A stretch of DNA of 64,000 bases from an uncultured Acidobacteriota bacterium. GTDB lineage: Bacteria > Acidobacteriota > Thermoanaerobaculia > UBA5066 > Gp7-AA6. The notes under the pieces were generated by a model. The model searched no databases. It was not told the DNA's origin and was given only the letters and a program-made list of their open reading frames with translations. The translations under genes were made by a program, and so were the position numbers. The stretch spans positions 520,160 through 584,159 of the forward strand of contig CAWJKC010000003.1 in NCBI GenBank assembly GCA_963843325.1, in the 5' to 3' direction. The first letter of the stretch is position 1. Each line of letters starts with the position of its first letter. Below, piece after piece: positions 20,512 to 29,236 of the stretch.

Positions 20512-21611
20512 CGGATTGCCGGAACCGCCGGAGCGGCGGGGACGCCGGGAAACTGGTCCCCGATGCTGGGGCCGTGCCATCGCCCATGGTTGAGGTCGTA
20601 CTGGTATCCGATCTGCGTGTACGGGATGCGGATCACGTCGAAGAGGAAGTAGGCGACCTTTCCCCACCACTTCTCTTCCGGCACGCCGGCGTCGCGAAGG
20701 ATCTGAACGAAGTTCACTCCGAGGAAGACGCCGATCTGACGCTCGCGCACGTCCGGATTGGCGTAGGGGTAGCCCTTCGATCCATAGGTCAGCGACACGA
20801 GCAAGAAGCGGGCCGGCCCGGGGTCGAAATGCGCGCGCCGCCCGAGACCCGCGATCCGGAGATCGCCGGAGTAGACCAGCTCGGTGTAGTCCGTGCCGAA
20901 CCCGCCGTTCGGGCAGCAGACAGCCGGAGGCCGCGGCACCAGCCCGGCCGAAAACCCGATCAGGTCGCCCAGCCCGTAGTGGGCGATCCCGAGATATGTC
21001 GCTGCCCCGAGCGTGTCCATCGTGAGGTCCTCGTAGGAGAAGCCGTAGTGGCCGCGGCCGTCGCCGAGCTCCGTGACGAATCCGGCGAGCATGGATACGC
21101 CTGCGCCCAGCAACTGTGCTTTTTCGACGCCCAGACCGAGCTCGGCGTAAACCCCCGAAAGCAGTTTCGCGACGACGTAGTACGAGACGAAGTGGGACGC
21201 CTTGTCGGCCCCTCCCGCGTAGGTATTCTGCCCGAGATATCCCTCGTTCGTGAAGTGGAACTTTTGGTTCGGGCCGTCCGTGAAGGAATTCTCCGCGGAC
21301 CCCGCCAGCGTCGCCAGGGAGACGACGCCGATCCAGAAGGTGTGCGGACGCGGGACCTCGGCGGGGCTCTCCGCCGCGGCGAGCGCGTCCGCGTCGCGAT
21401 CGTCGAACGGCGCGGCCTCGTCGCTCGACTCGCAGGCGCCGCTTTCCTCGGCGGCGCGGACGAACGACTCTTGAAAACCCGACCCCGAGGCCGCGGCCCG
21501 GAAGGAACCCAGCGACTCGGCGGGCGCCGCCGCACCGGCTAGCCAGAGCATCGCCGCCAGAAACCGGCGAGGGCGACTCGCAAGAACAATCGAGAAGGTA
21601 CCGGGTGCCAA
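20508..21611 (-). CDS. envelope protein of unknown function (tentatively DUF2279-like)
   Basis: Intact 367-aa ORF with a hydrophobic N-terminus (FLAAMLWLAGAAAP) and GGADKASHFVSYYVVA (a DK..H motif as in DUF2279-type lipoproteins). The start may be the internal M at about 21551. The family assignment is by eye only. Confidence 0.6.
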   Translation of the reverse strand: MAPGTFSIVLASRPRRFLAAMLWLAGAAAPAESLGSFRAAASGSGFQESFVRAAEESGACESSDEAAPFDDRDADALAAAESPAEVPRPHTFWIGVVSLATLAGSAENSFTDGPNQKFHFTNEGYLGQNTYAGGADKASHFVSYYVVAKLLSGVYAELGLGVEKAQLLGAGVSMLAGFVTELGDGRGHYGFSYEDLTMDTLGAATYLGIAHYGLGDLIGFSAGLVPRPPAVCCPNGGFGTDYTELVYSGDLRIAGLGRRAHFDPGPARFLLVSLTYGSKGYPYANPDVRERQIGVFLGVNFVQILRDAGVPEEKWWGKVAYFLFDVIRIPYTQIGYQYDLNHGRWHGPSIGDQFPGVPAAPAVPAIR

Positions 21612-21672
21612 AGAACACCTCGCTTCCGGCGACGACGCGTCGCCGGCATTGCCACGCCTTCGAAAGTCGGGG

Positions 21673-22053
21673 TCAGGCGAGGGCGGGCGGGCCGCGCGAG
21701 GAGGCGTCGGACGGGAGCGGGAGCGGCGTCGAGTCCGAACGGATGACGGGTCGTCCGGTCAGTTGCTCGAGCGGGCTGGTGAGCGCAAGAGAGATTGCCG
21801 GAGACGCGACGAAGTCGCTGTGGAAACAGGCCAGGCACGATTCGTCGTCGACGAGCGCGCCCGAATAAAACCCGGCGCCGAGCCCGACCGATTCCCGGAT
21901 CTGGGCAAAGCTGCCCGAGTTGCTCGGCCCGTCGGAGACGATGTCGGCGATGGGGTCGAGGTGGTGGTGCGGAGCCGCTGCAGCCGCCGCGAAGAGCGCG
22001 AGCAGGTAAATCGCGGGCAGCCGGCGCCAGGCACGCAACATGGCGACGCTCAC
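21673..22053 (-). CDS. small secreted Cys/His-rich protein (paralog of 14119..14496), function unknown
   Basis: Intact 126-aa ORF: MSVAMLRAWRRLPAIYLLALFAAAAAAPHHHLD...DDESCLACFHS...SDASSRGPPALA. It is the first gene of the 22053->18547 minus-strand operon. Confidence 0.6.
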   Translation of the reverse strand: MSVAMLRAWRRLPAIYLLALFAAAAAAPHHHLDPIADIVSDGPSNSGSFAQIRESVGLGAGFYSGALVDDESCLACFHSDFVASPAISLALTSPLEQLTGRPVIRSDSTPLPLPSDASSRGPPALA

Positions 22054-22079
22054 TATAGTGTCAAGCCGCCCATGCTAGT

Positions 22080-22499
22080 GTGGCTTCGATGGCGTTTCTG
22101 GCAACGCTTTCTCTGCTCGCCGCGCTCACCGTCTCCGCGTCGACGCCCACGCCGACCCCGGCTTCGCTTGCCCGAGGGCGCCTGGGGCGGCGTCGGCTTG
22201 AGGGTCGTCGTGAGCGCTTCCGCCGTCGAAGATCGACCTCGACGCCGCCCACGGAACGATCGAGGGACCGCTCCCGCTCGACGCCGACGGCCGCTTCGAG
22301 GCGAACGGGCACGTTCGTCCGCGAGCGGCCCGGCCCGACACGCGCGGGCGCCGGGGACCCGGGCGAGCCGGCGCAATACCGGGGAACGATCGACGGCGAC
22401 GACCTGACGCTCGAAATCACGCTGACACGTTCGGGAACGGCGATCGGACCGCTGCAGGCGAGGCGTGGAGCAAACGCGCGGCTGCGAAAGATGGCCTGA
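22080..22499 (+). pseudogene. small lipoprotein-like hypothetical protein, 3 frame breaks as assembled
   Basis: MAFLATLSLLAALTVSAS...TPASL, then LPEGAWGGVGLRVVVSASAVE (frame of ORF 21649..22407), then IDLDAAHGTIEGPLPLDADGRFEANG (third frame), then TFVRERPGPTRAG...YRGTIDGDDLTLEITLTRSG. Breaks lie near 22170, 22232 and 22310. Confidence 0.5.
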
Positions 22500-22531
22500 C
22501 CGGACCGGCTCGCCGTTAGAATCCTCCGCCG

Positions 22532-23305
22532 GTGGAGAAACCGCGCCGGCGCTTCTATGAACAGCGGCTCTTCGCGGCGCCGCTCTCGTATCTCTGGTGG
22601 GGATTGAACGTTCTCGCCGTCATCGTCTGGGCCCCGTTCATGGCGGTGTTCCGCCTCGTGACGAAGCACAACGATCCGGGGCGCCACCGCATCGGGCGCA
22701 TTCTGCGCAACGCCGGGGCGTTCACCGTCAAATTCAACCCGTTCTGGGATTTCCGCATCATCGACGACGTCCATCCGGATGCGAAACGGCCCTACCTCTT
22801 CATCTCGAACCACCGCTCGATGGCCGACGTCTATCTCCTCGCGTTGCTGCCCTGGGAGATGAAGTTCCTCTCGAAGGACTCCGTCTTCCGAATCTGGCTG
22901 CTCGGCTGGGAGATGAAGGTCGCCGGCGACATCCCGCTGACGCGCGGCGACAAGGAGAGCGCGCGCAAGGCGATGCTCGAAATGCGCCAGCGGCTGCTCG
23001 ACAAGAGCTCGGTCGTCGTCTTTCCGGAGGGCACGCGCAGCGCCGACGGCAGCCTCGGCAAGTTCCGTGACGGCGCGTTCCGGCTCGCGATCGACCTGGG
23101 CGTCGACATCGTGCCTCTGGCCATCGCCGGAACCGAGACCGCGCTGCCCAAGCACTCGCTGGTCTTCCAGCGCACGACCGCGACGATCGAGGTCCTTCCG
23201 CCCGTGCCGACGGCCGGCCTGACCGCCGCCGACGCCCCGGCGCTGGCCGAGCGCGTCCGCGGCGAGATCGCCCGGGCGCTGAAGGTAGAGTTGGAGCCGT
23301 CGTGA
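22532..23305 (+). CDS. 1-acyl-sn-glycerol-3-phosphate (lysophospholipid) acyltransferase family protein
   Basis: Intact 257-aa ORF with an N-terminal TM helix, NHRSMAD (H-x4-D) and VVVFPEGTRS motifs. Confidence 0.85.
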   Translation: MEKPRRRFYEQRLFAAPLSYLWWGLNVLAVIVWAPFMAVFRLVTKHNDPGRHRIGRILRNAGAFTVKFNPFWDFRIIDDVHPDAKRPYLFISNHRSMADVYLLALLPWEMKFLSKDSVFRIWLLGWEMKVAGDIPLTRGDKESARKAMLEMRQRLLDKSSVVVFPEGTRSADGSLGKFRDGAFRLAIDLGVDIVPLAIAGTETALPKHSLVFQRTTATIEVLPPVPTAGLTAADAPALAERVRGEIARALKVELEPS

Positions 23306-24269
23306 GAGCGCTCGACATGGAGCTCGTCCTCGAAGCCCGCAAGGCGCTCGCGGGGCGCATCCGGCGCACGCCGACCGAGTTCTCGGCGGCGCTCTCCGAC
23401 GCCGCGAAGGTCCCGGTCTTCCTCAAGCTCGAGTCGCTCCAGCTGACCGGCTCGTTCAAGATCCGCGGCGCGTTCTTCGCCTTCCTGAATCTCTCCGACG
23501 ACGAGCGCCGCCGCGGCATCGTCACGTGCTCGGCCGGAAATCACGGCAAGGCGGTCGCCTACGTCGCGCGCGAGCTCGGCGTGCCGGCCGAGATCCACGT
23601 TCCCCGCGACGTCGACGAGTCCAAGTACCAGGGCATGCTCGCCCTCGGCGCGAACGTCGTCCGGTCCGAGTTCGACGGCTTCGACGAGACCGAGCAGCTC
23701 GCGCAGGGCCGAGGCGGCGCGCACGGGTCGCCGGTTCGTGACCGCGTTCGACGACGACCTCATCCTCGCCGCCAACGGCGGGACGCTCGCCGCCGAGACG
23801 ATCGAGGACTGCCTCGCGGCGCGGATCTTCCTGCTGCCGGTCGGCGGCGCGGGCCTGGCCGGCGGCTTCGCGTTCTACGCGAAGACGGCGCTGCCGGATT
23901 CGCGCGTGGTCGGCTGCCAGCACGCGCTCTCGCCCGCCCTCGCGCTGTCGCTCGAGAGGGGCGAGGCCGTCGCTCAAGCTGCCGCCCGTCGAGACGACGG
24001 CCGGCGGCCTCGAGGGCGGCATCGGCAGGACCGGCTTCGAGGTCCTGAAGGACCGCATCGACGGCGTCGCGCTGGTCACCGAGAGCGAGATCTTCGACGC
24101 CGTCCGCTTCATGCTCGACAAGCACCAGTACCTGATCGAGCCGTCGTCGGCGGTCACCGTCGCGGCGATCCTGACCGGCAAGGCCGGCCGGCTCGACGCG
24201 CCGATCGTCGCGGTCATCTCGGGCCGCAACGTCGCGCTGCCGACGCTGCGCAGGATCCTCGCCGCATGA
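23302..24269 (+). CDS. PLP-dependent threonine/serine dehydratase-family protein (EutB-like), 2 frame breaks
   Basis: LESLQLTGSFKIRGA (PLP lysine motif) and CSAGNHGKAVAY in ORF 23302..24048. It continues in ORF 23738.. (FVTAFDDDLILAANGGTLAAE...LPVGGAGLAGG), then in a third frame (LEGGIGRTGFEVLKD...EPSSAVTVAAIL...VISGRNVALPTLRRILAA, TGA 24267-24269). GTG 23302 overlaps the upstream TGA. Confidence 0.8.
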
Positions 24270-25184
24270 GGGTCGTCGGGCCCGACGAGATCCGGAAGTC
24301 CGTGAGCCTGCCCGCGGCCGATCGCGGCCATGCGCGACGCCGTCCTCGCGCAGTCGCGCGGCGAGTGCGACACGCCGATGCCCATGCACCTCGACCTCGC
24401 CTCCGGCGGCGGCGGCGAGGTCCACATCAAGTCGGGCTACCGCAAGGGCGGGCTCCACTTCGCGCTCAAGGTCGCCGGAACCTACGCCCGGCGGCCCTAC
24501 GGCTCGATCGTCCTCGTGTCGGTCGAGACCGGCGAGACGGTCGCGTACTTCGACGACGGCGGCTACCTCACCGACCTGCGCACCGCGGCGGTGTCGGCCA
24601 TGGTCGCCAGGAGCTCGGCCGCACCGACGACGTGCTCGGCATCCTCGGCACCGGCGTCCAGGCGCGCCTCCAGGCGCAGCTCCACGCCGCGGTCCTGAAG
24701 CTCTCGGACGTCCACGTCTGGGGCCGCAACCCCGAGCGCGCGGCCGCGTGCGCCGCGCGAGATCGCCGTGCTGCTTCCGGGTGCGCGCGTCGCGGCGGCG
24801 CCGTCGCCGGCGGAAGTCGCGGCCGGCGCGACGCTGATCGTGACCACCACGGCGTCGCGCGCGCCGCTGCTCGCACGCCGCCGACGTCCGGCCCGGCACC
24901 CACATCTCCGCCGTCGGCGCCGACTCGCCCGGCAAGCAGGAGCTCGATCCCGCGATCCTGATGAAGCGCGTCGCTGCTGCTCGTGGACTCGCTCCGCGCA
25001 GTGCGAGCGGCTCGGCGAGCTCCAGCACGCGCGCTCGGAAAGGCGCGCGCGCGATCGAGATCGGCGCTTTCTGCGCGGCGCCGGTCCGCCTTCGACCGCG
25101 CCGGGCATCACCGTCGCGGACTTCACGGGGCTCGGCGCCGAGGACCTCTTCATCGCCGAGGCGTGCGCTCGGAGCCTTGAGTGA
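24266..25184 (+). pseudogene. ornithine cyclodeaminase / mu-crystallin family protein (EutC-like), about 8 frame breaks as assembled
   Basis: The pieces run MRVVGPDEIRKSVSLPAA | IAAMRDAVLAQSRGECDTPMPMHLDL...YLTDLRTAAVSAMVAR | ELGRTDDVLGILGTGVQARLQ...VWGRNPERA | LLPGARVAAAPSPAEVAAGATLIVTTTASRAPLL | HAADVRPGTHISAVGADSPGKQELDPAIL | LLLVDSL | QCERLGELQHA | AIEIGAF | GITVADFTGLGAEDLFIAEAC. They alternate between all three frames. Confidence 0.75.
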
Positions 25185-25564
25185 GCCGCTTCCTCTGGAT
25201 CTGCCTCGGCGGGGCCGCCGGGACGGGCGCGCGCTACCTGCTCTCGGGCTGGGCGGCCGCGGCGCTCGGCGCGGGTTTCCCGTGGGGCACGCTCGCGGTC
25301 AACGTCCTCGGATCGTTCTGCGTCGGGTTCCTGATGCAGGTCGGCGTGGCGACTCCCCTGCTGTCGCCCACGCTCCGGATGGCGCTGACGACCGGCGTGA
25401 TGGGCGGCTTCACGACGTATTCGACCTTCAACTACGAGACGATCCGATACGTCCAGGACGGCGCCTGGCGCCTGGCGCTCGGCAACGTGGCGATCACGCT
25501 GCTCGTCTGCCTCGCGGCCGGTTTCGCCGGCCTCGCGATGGGCCGCTCGATCTTCGGAGGATAG
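25181..25564 (+). CDS. crcB: fluoride ion channel CrcB/FluC
   Basis: Intact 127-aa ORF with four TM helices: GGAAGTGARYL, GTLAVNVLGSFCVGF, GVMGGFTTYSTF. GTG 25181 overlaps the upstream TGA. Confidence 0.9.
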   Translation: MSRFLWICLGGAAGTGARYLLSGWAAAALGAGFPWGTLAVNVLGSFCVGFLMQVGVATPLLSPTLRMALTTGVMGGFTTYSTFNYETIRYVQDGAWRLALGNVAITLLVCLAAGFAGLAMGRSIFGG

Positions 25565-25569
25565 ACGTC

Positions 25570-25929
25570 ATGCGCGTGCTCGACGGCGAACAGGTCCTGA
25601 TGCGCATCTTCATCGGCGAGTCCGACCGCTGGCACCAGCAGCCGCTGTGGATGGCGCTGCTCCAGAAGCTGCGCAAGGACGGCTATGCCGGCGCGACGGT
25701 CTTTCGCGGGATCGGCGGATTCGGCGCGCGCAGCGTCGTCCACACCACGCTCATCGAGCGCCTCTCGCAGGACCTGCCGCTCGTCGTCGAGATCGTGGAC
25801 ACGGCGGCGCAGATCGACAAGCTCCTGCCGGTGCTCGACGAGATGGTCTCCGAGGGCCTGGTGACGATGGAGACGGTGCGCGTCCTGAAGTACTCGCCGG
25901 GCCAGCGCCCGCTCGATCCCGCGCCCTGA
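25570..25929 (+). CDS. DUF190 (PII-like) protein commonly paired with crcB
   Basis: ATG 25570 in the frame of ORF 24961..25929: MRVLDGEQVLMRIFIGESDRWHQQPLWMALLQKLRKDGYAGATVFRGIGGFGA...LPLVVEIVD. Confidence 0.85.
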   Translation: MRVLDGEQVLMRIFIGESDRWHQQPLWMALLQKLRKDGYAGATVFRGIGGFGARSVVHTTLIERLSQDLPLVVEIVDTAAQIDKLLPVLDEMVSEGLVTMETVRVLKYSPGQRPLDPAP

Positions 25930-27153
25930 CTAGGGCTTCGCGGGTGCCGCCGGCTCGCGCCGCAGCAGGACCGGGACCGGAACGTTCGCTTCGCCCGCCG
26001 CACGACCACCGCGGCGGCGTCGCCCCAGCGCTTGCCGGCCATCGCGCGCGAGAGCGTCTCGCGATCCGGCACGGCTGCGCCGTCGAACGACACGAGCACG
26101 TCCTGCACCTTCAAGCCCGCGCGGGCGGCCGGCGAGTCCTTCTCGACGTCGATGATCTCGAGCAGCTTGTCCTCGCGAGGCCGCGTCGAGATGCCGAGGT
26201 CGGGATAGAGCGGGCGCGCCTTCCGCCGGGATGCCCCACACGAAGTTCGCGAACGAAGCCTGGACGCTCGAGACCGGCGCCTTCTTGTCGTCTTCGACCG
26301 GGAGCGGGATCACCGAGGCGACCTTGCCCGAAAACCACGGCTTGATCTGCCGCTCGATGCCGAGGCCGTACTGCACGTGGCCGGCGCCGACGAGGACGAC
26401 CATCACGGCCTTCGGGTCGTCGTCCTTCCTCAGCGGCGCGACCGCGTTGAATCCCATCGTCGCGTCCCACGTGCACTGCGCGTTCAGCATCCCCTGCCAC
26501 TGCTCGTCGGTCATCGCGGCGTGAAAGCTCGCGTCCTCGAAGTTGGCCTTGAAGAGGCGCATGTGGTCGGCGTTCTTCGTGTCGATCTCGGTCGGAATGT
26601 GCGCGGCCTCCTCGGGCGTCAGGCCCTGGAAGCCCTTCTTGCGCACCGCCGAGACGACTTCGCGCGGCGCGTTGATCGCGAACATCCGCAGGTGGTTGTC
26701 CCGCGCGAAGAGAAAGATGTCGCGGTAGTACAGCCAGTTGTAGCCCCAGTTCTTGTACCAGTGCGAGCCGTCGAGAAACGCCTCCTCGGTCAGCTTCCCG
26801 TCGCTCCACTGGTCCAGCCAGGCCTGCTCGGGGTACGGGTACATCTCGAGACCCACGAGGACGCGGCGGCCGGCGCGGTGGAGGCCCTCGATCACGCGCT
26901 TCTCGACGCGGTGCGAATCCATCTCGGTGTGGCCCTCGCCCACGAGCACGAGCCGCGCCGCGGCGAGCCTGCCGGCGAGCTCCTCGGGCGTGAGCAGCGC
27001 GCCCGAGGCCGTGTCGGTGACCGCGTCGAGGACGAGCGCCGCCTGGCGATCCTTGCGGGCCGGGTCGCCGATCGGCAGCTTCAGGAGGTCCTCGCCGAAG
27101 ACCGGGGCGGCGAGGGCGAGCGCGAGCAGGAGGAGTCGGGCGGCCCGGCTCAC
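25930..27153 (-). CDS. ChaN-family (haem-binding/Tiki-like) lipoprotein with C-terminal PDZ domain, 2 frame breaks
   Basis: GTG 27153: MSRAARLLLLALALAAPVFG, then LVLVGEGHTEMDSHRVEKRVIEGL...LVGAGHVQYGLGIERQ. The break is near 26218, then the PDZ domain (LLEIIDVEKDSPAARAGLKVQDVLVSFDGAAV, frame of ORF 25683..26114). A second break near 25995 returns to the frame ending at 25930. Confidence 0.75.
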   Translation of the reverse strand: MSRAARLLLLALALAAPVFGEDLLKLPIGDPARKDRQAALVLDAVTDTASGALLTPEELAGRLAAARLVLVGEGHTEMDSHRVEKRVIEGLHRAGRRVLVGLEMYPYPEQAWLDQWSDGKLTEEAFLDGSHWYKNWGYNWLYYRDIFLFARDNHLRMFAINAPREVVSAVRKKGFQGLTPEEAAHIPTEIDTKNADHMRLFKANFEDASFHAAMTDEQWQGMLNAQCTWDATMGFNAVAPLRKDDDPKAVMVVLVGAGHVQYGLGIERQIKPWFSGKVASVIPLPVEDDKKAPVSSVQASFANFVWGIPAEGAPALSRPRHLDAASRGQAARDHRRREGLAGRPRGLEGAGRARVVRRRSRAGSRDALARDGRQALGRRRRGGRAAGEANVPVPVLLRREPAAPAKP

Positions 27154-29207
27154 TTCCACGGCGCGATGGCGACGACTTCGACCTGCCCCTCGGACAGGTT
27201 CACGCGGTCTCCCACGCGGGAGCCGAGCAGGCGCTCGGCGAACTCGGACTGGTAGGAGTAGACCCCCTCCTCGGGCTTCGAGTCCCAGGGCCCGAGGATC
27301 GTCGCGTCGCGCTCGGACCCCGTCGCGACGTCCTTCAAGCGCACGCGCGCGCCGACGCGGACTTCCGACACGTCGATCTTCGTCGGGTCGAGCGCCCGCG
27401 AGCGCTCCAGCTCGTCGGCGATCGTCGCGATGCGCGCCGAGAGGTACTCGTGCTTCTGGCGCGCGGCGTGGTACTCGAAGTTCTCGCGCAGGTCGCCGTG
27501 CTCCTTGGCCGTCTTCATCGCGATCGCGTTGGCCGGCAGCTCGACCGACTTCATGTGGATGACTTCCTGGCGGCGGGCCTCGATCGACTCGGCCGTGGCG
27601 TAGAGGTACTCGCGCGCGGGCGCCCGCAGCTCGGGGAACTTCATCAGCAGCGCCTCGCGCACGGTCGCGCGGCGGTGCTCCTCGAGGCCCGGGACGCGGT
27701 CGAGGGCGTGGAGCATCTCGCGCGCCTCCTCCTCCGAGGAGGCCGACCGCACGAGCGCGACGCCGAAGCCGCCGGGCTCGAAGAACTCCTTCATCCGCGC
27801 GCGCAGCCCGGAGAACTCGTCCATGCGCAGCGCGTCGGTCAGCGCGAAGAAGAGCCCCGGCGCATCGGTCCTGCCGTCGGCGTGCATGCGCTCGCAGAGC
27901 CACACGAAGGCGCGCGGCGCCGAGCGCGGCGAGCGCAGGATCTTGCGGGACAGGTCGGCGGCCCGGTCGCCGAGGGCGTCGAACAGGGTCGTCAGCACCC
28001 GGGCGTCGTCCTCGCGGCCGATCTGCTCGATGAAGATCTCGGCCCAGTCGGGACGGCTCTGGCGCACGGCCTGGAGCGCCTTTTCGCGCGCGCCCTGGTC
28101 GCGGATCTCGCCGAGCACGCGGCGCAGGTCCGCCGAAGCGAGCAGGGTCTCGGCGGGAAAAGCTTCGGGCTGATCGGGCGCCAGGCGCGCCGCGGCCTGC
28201 GAGAGCTCCCACGCGAGAGCCGGCTGGCCGGGCGCGACCTTCTGCGCGTCGCCGGCGAGCGCCTGCGCGAAGAACAGCGCGAGCTCCTTGGACCGCTTCG
28301 AGTGCTTGCGCGCGAGGTCCACGCGCGCCGCGGGCGTGGCCTTGAGGAACGCCTCCCGCACGCTGCCCTCGGCGGCGTCGGCGCTGTCGCTCCAGGTGAC
28401 CTTGGCCGACTTCGCGCTGCCCGCGACGAGCACCTGGCGGTTCTTGCGCGCGGCCGTCCAGAAGGGCGTCCAGCGCTCCTCCGGCACGAGGCCGGCGAAG
28501 TGGTCCTTGACCTCCTGCACCGTCAGCGACCGGCCGAAGCTGGTCAGCAGGAGGCGCAGCGCCTCCGACGGCTCGCTTTCCGCGAATGCCTTCAGCCCCG
28601 CCGGGTCCTCCACCTTGCGGCGCAGGAAGTGGCCCTCGGGCAGCGGCACGAGGTTCTTCTCGGCCGACACGAGCGAGAGCGGCATGCGGTTGCCCGCCAC
28701 CTCGAGGCGCATCACGTCGAGCGCCGGGTTCATGTCGACCAGGCGGCCGGCGCCGCGGCCGGGCATGAAGTAGATCGCGTTGGGCTGGAAGCGCAGCCAC
28801 CGCGCGATGCGGCCCGCGACCTCGGAGGGGTCGGCGGCCTTCTCGAGCGGGAACTGGGCGATGACCGCGGACAGCGCCGGGTGCCCCGCGTAACGGGTCC
28901 GCAGCGCCGTCGTCAGGTCCTTGCGGACGCTCGCGTCGGTCGGAGACATGCGCGCGAGCTCGAGCAGCACGCGGATGAGCGACTCGTTGCCGCCCACGTT
29001 GTGGAAGTCCGCCAGCGAGCGCAGCCAGCCGACGGCCTGGGTGCTGCCGCCCTTCTTCTTGGCGGCGGCGGCCAGGTCGAAGAAGAACGGGAAGTCTTCC
29101 GCGTTCTCTTCCATCTTCTTGGTCCAGAGCTGACCGAGGGCGTCGAACTTCTTCTGGTCGACGAGATGCTGGACCTCGGGGGTCAAATTCGGGAAACCGG
29201 TCAACAT
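27150..29207 (-). CDS. GreA/GreB-family transcript cleavage factor with ~530-aa N-terminal extension
   Basis: Intact 685-aa ORF. The last ~155 aa are a complete Gre module: SIEARRQEVIHMKSVELPANAIAMKTAKEHGDLRENFEYHAARQKHEYLSARIATIADELERSRALD, then a C-terminal domain ...ILGPWDS...YSYQSEFAERLLGSRVGDRV. The N-terminal 530 aa have no motif I recognise. Confidence 0.8.
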   Translation of the reverse strand: MLTGFPNLTPEVQHLVDQKKFDALGQLWTKKMEENAEDFPFFFDLAAAAKKKGGSTQAVGWLRSLADFHNVGGNESLIRVLLELARMSPTDASVRKDLTTALRTRYAGHPALSAVIAQFPLEKAADPSEVAGRIARWLRFQPNAIYFMPGRGAGRLVDMNPALDVMRLEVAGNRMPLSLVSAEKNLVPLPEGHFLRRKVEDPAGLKAFAESEPSEALRLLLTSFGRSLTVQEVKDHFAGLVPEERWTPFWTAARKNRQVLVAGSAKSAKVTWSDSADAAEGSVREAFLKATPAARVDLARKHSKRSKELALFFAQALAGDAQKVAPGQPALAWELSQAAARLAPDQPEAFPAETLLASADLRRVLGEIRDQGAREKALQAVRQSRPDWAEIFIEQIGREDDARVLTTLFDALGDRAADLSRKILRSPRSAPRAFVWLCERMHADGRTDAPGLFFALTDALRMDEFSGLRARMKEFFEPGGFGVALVRSASSEEEAREMLHALDRVPGLEEHRRATVREALLMKFPELRAPAREYLYATAESIEARRQEVIHMKSVELPANAIAMKTAKEHGDLRENFEYHAARQKHEYLSARIATIADELERSRALDPTKIDVSEVRVGARVRLKDVATGSERDATILGPWDSKPEEGVYSYQSEFAERLLGSRVGDRVNLSEGQVEVVAIAPWK

Positions 29208-29236
29208 GAGCCGCTGATACTAGCTCACGACGGCCA

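Noticed and set aside
4297-20652. Other long antisense ORFs, e.g. 4297..5475 (-), 8406..10340 (-), 18592..20652 (+), 5716..6990 (-)
   Set aside because: Each is the mirror of a gene with strong motif support (kinase B, GloVer protein, OMP-DUF3943). The composition is typical of non-coding frames in GC-rich DNA.
25080-25180. Fluoride riboswitch upstream of crcB
   Set aside because: The crcB start overlaps the stop of the preceding gene. The 100 nt upstream lack the conserved crcB-motif elements as far as I can judge by eye. A covariance-model search would be decisive.
1882-25184. Programmed ribosomal frameshifting or stop-codon recoding to explain the frame breaks (including TAG 3523-3525)
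   Set aside because: There are far too many sites per gene (up to one per ~115 nt), in both directions. There are no slippery heptamers or downstream structures, and several breaks sit at simple homopolymer runs. Indel error or decay is the economical explanation.
25930-28800. 956-aa ORF spanning ChaN and the antisense or alternative frame of the GreA-like gene
   Set aside because: Only the part downstream of GTG 27153 is meaningful (ChaN). Upstream it is an alternative frame of the intact 685-aa GreA-like ORF.
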